Origin: Lama guanicoe | Taxonomy: Eukaryota | Direction of reading: 5' to 3' | Assembly (NCBI GenBank): GCA_013239625.1 | Contig: MU054132.1 | Span: 496,001 to 560,000 of the forward strand | DNA length: 64,000 nt | Shown: one piece after another, positions 41,301-51,370 of the stretch | Position numbering within the stretch: the stretch's first letter is position 1 | How the letters are laid out: every line of letters starts with the position of its first letter | The notes under the pieces: model-generated | Told to the model about the DNA's origin: nothing | Seen by the model: only the letters and a program-made list of their open reading frames with translations | Database searches by the model: none | Position numbers and translations under genes: made by a program

Positions 41301-43096
41301 ATAATAAAAAAAAGTAGTCAACGAAAGACGAGCACCAACCATTTTCTGGTAGTCTCACTGTCTCTCTATAATACACGTGAGCATTACTGTAACTGAAGAA
41401 ACAACGGCTTTATATTTAACTATTACTATTTCAATTTCTTAATAGTTATTAATATTACTTCCTTATACAAACTGTTAACCTGCTCAAAAGACTATATACT
41501 ATACTTTTCATAATATTGACAATTGGTTTCCTAAATAATTACACAATAAAAGTTTTTTTTTTTTTACTTTTTAATGGCTACAGTAAATGTAAACTTAAAG
41601 AATACACCTATTATAGTTACTCTGAGCAAAAACTCCAGGAGTACATTTTTACTTATGTCTAACAGAATGTTTTATTGTGCCTCAACAAAATTCATGTTTA
41701 CTACAGGTAATTCTTAATTTTCAGCGCAGAAGCAATACCACAAAATGTGCAGCTCATGTTTTAGAGTTGCTACAGATATTAAAATGGATAAATTAATGGA
41801 AGAATTATATATTTAACCAGGCAATTTTACAAATATTTGACAAAAATAATCTGTCTATTAGACAGTATGTAATTAATAACTATTCACCAAGAGGCCAAAT
41901 ATCAAACCAAAGACTCAAAATGCAAGTTAGTCCCTCAGTCTCCAAAGAGCTAATCATGAGGCAAATATTGGTGATTACTATATAGCCCTCCACGAAAAGA
42001 GTCTCTAACTGCACTTGGCAGGAAGTGGGCAGCAGGAAGAGCTACAGTCAAAAACCACCACTTGCTCCAGGTTCTTGCAAGCCCACAGCAATGCTCCCAG
42101 GAGGAAGACTCTGAAGCTGCCTGCCAGCACAAAATCCTATCAATACTTGCACCATCCCAAGGATGTTTTTACCTCTGAGATGTTAGCATCTGACAGCAAA
42201 AGTATTCTTAAGTAAAAGACATCTTTAGGAATTCAGACCAACTTTAAACATCCACCTAAATGGCCAAAGTATTTGCTCAGTTGGAAAAGATACTGAAGTA
42301 ACCATTAGCTTAATTGAAAAAAAAAAAGACTACCAAATTAAACATAAAATACATTATACATGAATTCCAAAGCTAAAGGACTCAAATACAACATTCTATT
42401 AATATATGATAACCAAAAATTACACAAGGTAACTACCTCTCATTTGATTCCATGAAAATACACTTCCAAATATAAATACCGGTATGAAAAACAACAAACC
42501 TATTGAATTTTCAGAGGACCAGCTTACTGGCTAGCTTCAAACCAATCATTTCCAGGAGACTGCACTCAAATATCTTGAGTTTTCTCTTTAAAATAAGCAA
42601 CCAACTAATCAAAGCAGAGCAGGAATAAAAGCTATTTAATCCATCAGCACCAGACAGGACAAATAGAAATAAATAAGTATGTAAACATTTTTTTGAAGAA
42701 GACATCTTCTACACAGCATAACATGTCCTAAGGACCTTTTAAATTGCTTAACGTGATAACCAGACACTTAGGAAAATTAAGCAACTTAACACAGTACATT
42801 TATAGTATAGAATATTCCCTGTTAGAAACCACAGCTTATATGTAAATGCAAGCATGCAAATGACATAATTGATAGAAAAAAAGTAGAATGATATGTGTAG
42901 CAGCATGACTCTGTTTATGTAAAAACAAAAATCAAACAAAAGATAAGGTCTGGAAAGGTATACACTAAATTGTCAGCAGTGGTTACCTCTTGGGGTGTGG
43001 GATTTGGAGAGTTGGAGCCAGGAAGATAAATTAAAGACAGATTTTTACTTTTTCCTCTATAAACATCTGTATTATCTTACCCTTTGCAACAAGCAT

Positions 43097-43216
43097 TTAC
43101 TGTTTTGATAATTAAAAAAAGAAACAATTTCAAACATATTACCAGACACTGTTACTGTTCTGGTAATTAAAAAAAGAAACCATTTCAAACATATTACCAG
43201 ACATTGTCATTGTTTT
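43097..43216. repeat. 55-bp tandem duplication (4 mismatches)
   Basis: Units start at 43097 and 43152. Confidence 0.9.
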
Positions 43217-43279
43217 TAAAATAACACATTTATGATTGGTACACAGAGATAATAAAAGTAGTAAAGTACCTCCAAACCT

Positions 43280-43710
43280 ACAATTTAAAGCTCTATCCTC
43301 AGAGATTAAAGGAGTAAAGACAAAGAAAATGACAATTAAATGCAATGTGTAATCCTAGACAGAAAAAAGAGGACATTACTGGCAAATTTAAATATAAACT
43401 GTATATCAGGTAACAGTATTGTTATAAATGTTAAATTGCCTGAATTTGGTTACTACACATTGGTTAACTAAGAGAATGTTTGTTCTTAAGTAATACTATG
43501 AAATATTTAGGGGTGAAGGATCATGATGTCTGCATCTTACTCTCAAATGGTTCAGCCAAAAATAAACAAGCACATGTACACATTTTTATATAGAAGGATA
43601 AGGCAAATGTGGCAAAATTTCAACTACTGATCATTCTAGATGAAAATATGGGAATTCATTATACTATTCTTACAACTTCCCAGAAAGTCTGAATTTTCAA
43701 AATAAAAGAT
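43280..43710 (+). mobile_element. Old L1M 3' UTR
   Basis: atgacaattaaatgcaatgtgtaatcctaga...atttaggggtgaagg.tcatgatgtctgca...ttttcaaaataaaa. Confidence 0.65.
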
Positions 43711-45449
43711 TCTTTCTCCCTGAAGAGCGGATCTTGCTCATAGAGAAATAGGATTCTAAACCTGATTTTCAGGGACTCTAGGTGTAAATGTTTCAATTAA
43801 TATGAATTGTCTCTCAAGGTCTTAGAATAATAGCTCTTGGTGCACTACAAAATAAGGTGTTCTACAGTACTCTAGAAGAAATAACAGAAACAAAGAAACA
43901 GGTCAACTTTTGATTCTAGCATATGTCTACCTTAGCTTCTCTGCAAAAATTGACAATGCTCATGGAACAACATTAAATATCATGATTGAGAAAAATTACA
44001 TTTGTTAAACAGCAAATCATAATGCATTTTGATTTTTAAAGGGGGACTAGATTAAATCAATTAGTCACTATAGTGAAAAGTGGCAGAAAAGATATGGAAA
44101 TACCAAAGTCCCACTAAGGAAACTATGACTGATAGATAACCTTCTATGTATAAAGTATGTCTTGGCAGTTTTAACATTTCTTAGGAAAACACAACTGTAT
44201 CAACAGTTGCTTGATACCTTTCTAAAGACACAATGTGTCAGTAGAAGATTGGTGGGCCTAAAATCTAGAAAAGGCAAGAGCAAAGAGGGACATGAATTCT
44301 GGAGAGGTATACTATATCCTAAGTACTGAATATTTCACATCAGGTTTTCCATACTCAGCAGGAAACCCTCCAAGTAATACTTTAGCCTCCCATGTACCTC
44401 AGTAGCCCAAAGATGGTACCCTGGCCTATAGAACATACCTTAATCACTACAAAGCTATTTCTCTTATAAAATAACAAAAATTGAGTCATGTTTGCTGGCT
44501 GCAAAGCTACTAAATACTAAAGGTCCAGACCATATGTGGAATCTGGTGACCACTTTATACTTTTTTTCAGTTGGCTTCCTATAGCATCTCTAGCCCCATC
44601 GTAACTTAGATGAATTATGAGAATTTTATGAGAACACGACTTACCCACACTGCGTTATATTTTATTTGAACATGCTGAAACATTTTTCCCTGTTAAAAAC
44701 TTTATTTTCACCAAATTCATGATGCTTTTCCTTGTAAAGTACTGTTTTTTCTAGCTGCATCTTTCCATCCAATACTAATAATAGTTAACACTGTCCTAAT
44801 TCTTAAATCCTCATAAAACTCTTCGCAGAAAATACTATTATGATTCCCACTTTACATATAAGGATACCAAGGCACAGAGTCATTATGAAACTTGCCCAGG
44901 TTCATTAAGCTATTAAGTAAAAGAGGTGAGATTCTAAACCAGGAGCTATGGCTCGAGTCCAGGCATTCAACTTTTTTTTTTTTTTGCCTTGGACCATTCT
45001 GCAGTCAGATGAAGGCTGCAAATTCCTTGTCAGTTTAATATTTTTAAATATATGAAATAAATTGCAAATGATTACAAAAGAGACCAATTACATTGGGGAC
45101 AAAAAATCCAACTATGTGATATAGTAATATATATCCTTCTTAATCTAGTGGTAGATATCCTATCTACTGTAATTTCTATGTAATGATGAACACAGAAAAT
45201 ATTCTGAGATATCTACAATAACCACAGCATATTATAATATCTGTAATTTGTACAAGTAGTAAAATCACAGGTACTGTTAATAGTACCATAGTTTGCTGTT
45301 CAGATTAAAAGAAATGGTGACTTCCAGTTAGAGGTTAGTGAGAAGATAATTTCATACCTAAGTTTATGGATGCCATCCACGTTAACACTGCCCACTGTAA
45401 CAATCCTGTTAACACTGCAGTTTAAAAGGACCAATGGGGGCGATGAGCG

Positions 45450-46420
45450 GTCATTCTTTCTACACTGGATCCTTTAGTGATCTCATCCAGTCTCGTGGCT
45501 TTGAATACTACCTAAGTTGATGACTACAAAGTTTATCTCTAGTTCAGACCTTTCCCCTAAATTCCAGACTTGGGTATCAATTCAATCCAAATGTCTGAAA
45601 AGCATCTCAAACTTATCATGTCTAAAACTGAACTCCTAATCTTTCCCCCAAACTTGCTCTCCTAACAGTCATCCCTATCTTAGTTGATGACAATTCTATC
45701 TTTCCAACTGCTCAGACCAAAAACCTCAGAATCATCCTTGGCTCCTCTCTCACATGCCACATCTGATCTACCAACAAATCATATTCGTATGAGCCTCAAA
45801 ATATTCATTCAGAAGTCAACTATTTCTCACCATCTCCTGTCACCACCTTGGTACAAGTCACAAGCATTTCTCTCCTAGATTTCTAGCTTCCTTACATACA
45901 AGTCTCCCTCTTTCTTCAGTTGTTCCCCCTGCAAAGAGTGATCCTTCTGAAGCTGAAAGCAGACCATGCCACTCCTTGTTTGAAAACTCCAGGCAAAGTC
46001 CTTATAAAGGCCCTACAAAGTTCTCTGAAATCTGCACCCTACTTCAACATAATTTACTATTTGTTGTTCATCCCATTCTAACCAAACTGAGAACTCACTG
46101 GGTCTGTCCCAGTGCCCGGGAACTAACTATTCCCTCTACTTAGAATGCTTTCTTTCCAGATATTAACACTGCTAACTCCCTTCCTTTTAAGTCTCTGCCT
46201 AAATATCACTCTCAAGAAGGCTCACCCAGTCCACCTCATTTTAAATTTCAACATCCACCCTAGAAATTCTGGATCCCCGTTACCGTGTTCCATTTTCCAA
46301 AGCACTTACCTTTAAACAGTCTGTATTATTTATTATGACTCCTCACTAGGAGGGGTGCCCACAAGGGCAAAATTGTTTTGTACACCACTCACCCCTAGTG
46401 TGCCTGTTTAACACAAAATA
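45450..46420. mobile_element. L2 remnant
   Basis: gtgatctcatccagtctcgtggcttt...catctcaaactta.catgtctaaaactgaactcc...ctcagaccaaaaacctcagaatcatccttg. Confidence 0.8.
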
Positions 46421-49158
46421 AACACGTGTATGTTAAAAGAACAGCACTTCTATCACTGTAAAGTACTTGCCTGTGTCTTTCATTAGAAGAATTCCTTGAA
46501 GACTCTGACTAATTTGCAGTATCCTCAACACCAGTCCCTGGGCCTGCCCAACAGCACAGATACTCAGGTGATTATAGCGATTTTCACCTGAAAACACAAT
46601 CCTATATGCCACAGAAAAAAAAAAGCCAGGTCTTACAGCTGTGTCTGATTAAATGGGTAGAAAGACAACACAGAACATCAGGTTCCAACTGTTACTTCAA
46701 ACTGAATTTAAGTTTTGTGCCTCATTTCTCTACCTATCTAAAAAACATTTCAAACTATCTAAAGTCTAAGAAGGGCACTTGGTCATTCCTTCCCCCAGCC
46801 ATGTCATCACCTCACAGGCCTACCTAATCTTTCCATGATTGACTTAAAATCCTACCTTTGAAATTTTCCTTAATGACCCCAGCTAAAAGCACTTACATGG
46901 TGCCATATTCTGTGCCAAGTGCTTATAAAACATTCTCATAAAGTTTCTTCCATTATGACACCTATTTCAAAGATGAGAAAACCCAAACTTAGATAAAGTC
47001 ACTTGTTCAAGGCTTAACTAGTGTTCAGATCCAGGTCTGTCTGACTCTGAAATCCAAGTTCTTTAACACTATACCACTCTGCTCTTCTCTCTCTGCAGTG
47101 GCATAAGCTCTAACTAGCTTATATGCACTATTTCATAGGGTTTGCTGTTATTTGACTTCTCTAGGCTTCAATTCCCACATCTGTAAAACATTTGATAATT
47201 CTTTGTGTACTCCATGTAGGTTAATACACACACTTATTTCAGCACTTAGTCACTATTAGAAATCGAAAGCAGTGAAGACCTAAAAGCAGTGAAAATAAAA
47301 ACTCCAAGACCTTGCATAAAACAATAAAACGTACTTGATTCCTCACCACACTCATATCCACCAAAGATACAACTTCTGAGTCCATTTCCCCACACAGTAT
47401 GAAAAATTATGTTTTCCTCCAAGAAGTGTAAGAATGTGATCTTTAAAGCTTCTGGACTTCACCAAACAACCCGGTGAAAGGAACTGAAAGCAGGTACTTA
47501 GCCCATTCGGGAGCTAGCATCTTATTTTGTACAGCACAAATACTCAATAAGTGTTTATTGGATCATGATACAGATTTTTTTTTTGAGGTTTTCCAAGTCT
47601 CAAACCAAAAGCCTACAAACACAAGCCTTGTAACTGGACTGATGCTTGTGCAGTAAATCAAAGCAATCTAATAACAGTAATGTTACACTATAAGCAAGAA
47701 ACTGGAAAGATAAAGCCATATTGAGACAACTTACTAGTGCAAGTAAGACATGGGTTTTGTTTCAGAAAGGCAGAATCATTTTTCTTTTTGTGCAGAGATA
47801 ACCATCAACACCCCAACAGAATCCTTCTGTGTGGAAACTGAACCTGAGAATTATCAAGTAAGATCCAGTCATTTTTGGACCAAGGTGAAAAGACTTGGCA
47901 AAGGGTTCAAAAAAAGTCATAGCAGAACTAAGGTAAATGTATCAAAAGAGCAAATCTCTCGGAATCGTTCTGGTCATAAAAGTGACAGTTTCATTTGGAA
48001 TCCCTATCAACGGTTAAGTTTGAAATGAGTCGTATATTCTTAGGTCTAGACTTCCACCACCAACAGCAAATGGAGTTTAAAGATAGCTTTTTGAAACAAT
48101 ATAGTCTTGTGAAGACGTAGGGAAACAAGTGAATCCAGGCTCTGAAGTGGAAGCTCTCCTGAGATATCAGATACAGTAGCAGACACAGCCCTCAACAGAA
48201 ATGTAAAAATGTCCTAGGCTGAAGACACACTATTGGGCAAAACGGTATTCTGGTTTTCTAGAACACTGTTCAGAGACTCCTCAAACGATTCTTGCTTTTT
48301 AACAAAGTCTTCACAAGGAGTAGAAAGTCATCCATTTAGAGTAAGAGGTTCCTTTTACCAAGAAAGTAGAGTATCCGAGAAAGTGTGCAAATCTCATAAT
48401 CTGGTAGAGAATGTATGGCCCTCTGGAGGCTTTCATTTTCGGGTGGAAAAACAAACCCGATGTCACCTCAACATCGGGGCCACTCAAACCTCGCCACCAT
48501 TACAAAAACCGAAGTGCCAAAGGTGCAGAATACGAAGCCGGAAGCACTACCAGGCCAGGATCGCGTTCCAGGAGAAAAAAAATCAAAACCGAGAGTGCAG
48601 CGCGGGCCCCTCAGCGGCCCTGAGCCGAGCGACGCGCGCTAGGCCCTTCCGGTCAGAGCCGCCGTCGCCGGGAGGCCAAGCGACGGGCCGGGCTTCCACC
48701 CGAGCCCGGGGATTAGCGGCCTACCCTCGCCGGTGCCCTCTCGCCGAGTCAGGCACCCGCAGCCCCTCCGACTCGGCCCCTTCGTCTACAGCGCAGCCCG
48801 CGGGGGCCGCGAAGAGCCGGAGAAGACCTCCGAGCCTCTGGCCGACCAGGTCGGTGCGGCGGCGGCGGCAGCGGCAGCGGCAGCGGAGGCCGCGCCGCCC
48901 CTCCCCCACCGGCCCGGCCCAACCGCCGCTGCGACGCGAGCAGCGGCGCCAACGCCGGGCCCAACCGCCGGCCCGCGACGGCGGAGACGAGGCGGCCCGT
49001 GGCGGCGGCGCGGGCTTGCTCCCCACGCCGGCTGCGCGAGTCCACCGCGAGCCCGTTACTCCCCGCGCCGACCCGCGCCAACACCCGTCAGGACGCGCCG
49101 CCCTCGGCTCGGGCTGAGGCGGCTGAGGGCAGCGGGAGGCCGCGAAGCTGATACTTAC

Positions 49159-49229
49159 TCAGGGGTCGGGTGCTCGGGGTCGTAGAAATCCCCCATCTTC
49201 GGAGGCGGCTGGGGCGGCAGCTGCTTCAT
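49159..49229 (-). CDS. SETD2: SETD2 coding exon 1 (71 nt; MKQLPPQPPPKMGDFYDPEHPTP-E)
   Basis: ATG at 49229-49227 translates to the recognisable SETD2 N-terminus; donor GA|GTAAGT at 49158; lies inside the CpG island. Confidence 0.97.
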
Positions 49230-49317
49230 CGGGAGCGGCAGGAGGCGGCGACGCGAGCCCCCTCCCCGCGGCAGGGCGACGCGACGGAGGGGAGGGGAGG
49301 AGGCCGCTGGTCCGACC

Positions 49318-49343
49318 GCGGCGGCGGCGGCGGCGGCGGCGGC
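49318..49343 (-). repeat. (GCC)8 trinucleotide repeat in the presumed SETD2 5' UTR
   Basis: gcggcggcggcggcggcggcggcggc, about 90 nt upstream of the ATG. Confidence 0.9.
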
Positions 49344-49599
49344 AGGGGCGGCCCGCGTCGCTTGCTCTCTCGCTCCCTCCCTCCGGCGCCCGCCCGCCGC
49401 TCTTTCCCCCACACACTCACACGGGGAGCGACGCGTACCCTGCCCGCCCCCAGCCGCACAGGCCCGGCCCCTTAAAGAGACACACACCCGCCGCGGGGCC
49501 GCCACCAGTCGGCGCGCCGGCAGCTGCAAGTCGACCTCAGGCCGGAGCGGGAGGGGCGGGAGGGGCGCCCCGCAGTCCTCCGACCCGGCTGGACCTTGC

Positions 49600-49879
49600 C
49601 TGCGACTTCCCGGAACAATAAGCCCCAGGGCCGGAGTGCTGTTGGCCTGCCCCGTACCGAGAGTCACTGCGCCGCGACCCCTCCCTCTGGCCCGCGGTGG
49701 CGGCGGGGCGCTGAGGCGTGACCTGGTTCAGGGTTGTTTGCCAGCGACTTCGGGGGAACAGCCACTGCCCGCCGGGACACTAGCCTTCCTGCTCCGCCGC
49801 CCTCGAAGACCTACGCTCCAGGAGCGCCGGAGTCCGCAGCGGCGCCGAGGGCCCCTCCCTCGGGCCTGCGGCTTCTGAG
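49600..49879 (+). ncRNA. Candidate first exon of a divergent transcript (position of human KIF9-AS1); start uncertain
   Basis: Strong + strand donor GAG|GTAAGG at 49880 on the far side of the CpG island. From memory, human KIF9-AS1 is head-to-head with SETD2. Confidence 0.4.
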
Positions 49880-50449
49880 GTAAGGCGGTCGCCGCTTCTC
49901 CCGTGCCTCTCGCCCCTCTCTCCTTTACTTCTCCTCGCTTTCTCTCCCTCTTGCTTCCTCATCTCGTCCCCTCAGCAGGTATGGAAACGGAGCTAGGCCG
50001 GGAATTCGCCGTATGGCCGAGCTCTAGGGACGTCCCCTCGTCTCTCCTGCCCCCTCCCCACTCTGGGTCGGCTGGAGCCCCTCCGCCCACCTCCTGGAGG
50101 CGTCCCTTCCTGTGTTCTGCCCTCTCCCCAACTTCTGGGAGTTGTGACTCGTCTTCTGCGTGGTTCTTAAGGCCTTGGAGGAAATGTCTTTGAAGAAAAG
50201 GTTATTAATCACTTTCCTGTAAAAATGACATGGGAAATTAAGTACTTGAAAGTGCTGCAGGTTTTTAGTTATTTTTGGAAAGGGAAACAAGAATACATAA
50301 AGCCATTAGCTAAACCCTCAGAACGTTGAAGAGTTTATGACAATTGATCATTTTGAATTTGGGGGTTCATGAGATCAGATTTTTTGTTGTTTTTTTCCCA
50401 CTATAATTTTGAATCGAATTTTACCAGCAAACAATTGGAAGGAGGTGTG

Positions 50450-50793
50450 TGTTATGGACTGAATATGTATTCCACCCCTCCAAATTCATATGTGAAATTC
50501 TGTCCCCCATGATAATGGTATTAGAAGGTGGGGCATTTGGGAGGTGATTAGGTCTTGAGAGTGGAGCTTGAACGAATGGAATTAGTGCCCTTATAGAGCC
50601 CAATGAGCTCTCTCCTCATCTGCCCTGAGGATATAAGGAGAAAATGCAGTCTGCAGCCCAGAATAAGACCCCCATCAGAACTCAGCCTGATCTCCTACTT
50701 TCAGCCTCCAGAACTGTGAGAAATAAATTTATGTTGTTTATAGCCACCTAGTTTATGATATTCCATTTTAGCAGCATGAAGAGTGTATGAGAC
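50450..50793 (+). mobile_element. MaLR solo LTR (MLT1A-like)
   Basis: tgttatggactgaat...tattagaaggtggggcatttgggaggtgattagg...cagcctccagaactgtgagaaataaattt.tgttgttta. Confidence 0.85.
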
Positions 50794-50939
50794 GAGATAT
50801 ATTCTACTAGCTCTTTTTTACATCCTATATGTGTGTACACATGTATACACATAAATGTATATACTGACAGTGTCTATTAGTACTTTATCATCATCGTTTC
50901 TCAATTGAGGATTATTCTGACTTTTTTTTTCTGGTTTTT

Positions 50940-51370
50940 AGACATAGCATCCAGGTCCAAAACTTATCTGATGCCCTTGGTTTAAGTCTCCCATGGCCAC
51001 TTCTTTACGAACTACGAATATTACCTAATTTCTCTGCTTTTTCTCTTTGTAAGATGAGAATAATAATGTGGACAGGTCCTCATTGTTGTAAGGATCCAAT
51101 GAGATAATATTTGTAAAGCTTTAAAATTTCAGAAAGTGTCAGCACTTAGACATAGTACAGTGGTTGAGAGCTAGTTCTACCTGGCATTGTATATCAGCCC
51201 TGCGACTTTGTAGCTATATGACATCAGGCATAGTTACTTTTTATGCTTCCAGTGCCTCCTCCGTACAACAGAGGTATTATCCACTGCACAATGTTGTGAT
51301 TATTAAATTAAAATATAGGAAATACTCTTGCACAGTGCCTCTCATTGAGTAAGTGTCCAGTAGATGTTTT
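50940..51370. mobile_element. Two MIR remnants (others near 5600-5800, 32140-32350, 44780-44970, 46880-47075 and 54480-54575)
   Basis: MIR core-like text, e.g. tgtaagatgagaataataat...gttgtaaggatccaatgagataat. Confidence 0.6.

Larger units (their letters stand above)
48530..50110. promoter_or_regulatory. CpG island / SETD2 promoter, probably bidirectional
   Basis: Abrupt shift to very GC- and CpG-rich sequence around exon 1; GC box GGGGCGGG at 49553-49560; TTCCCGGAA at 49607-49615; TTTAAG on the minus strand near 49471-49476. Confidence 0.93.

Noticed and set aside
48233..50290. Many overlapping Arg/Pro/Ala/Gly-rich ORFs of up to 294 aa
   Set aside because: Expected stop-codon scarcity in a CpG island; no recognisable domains.
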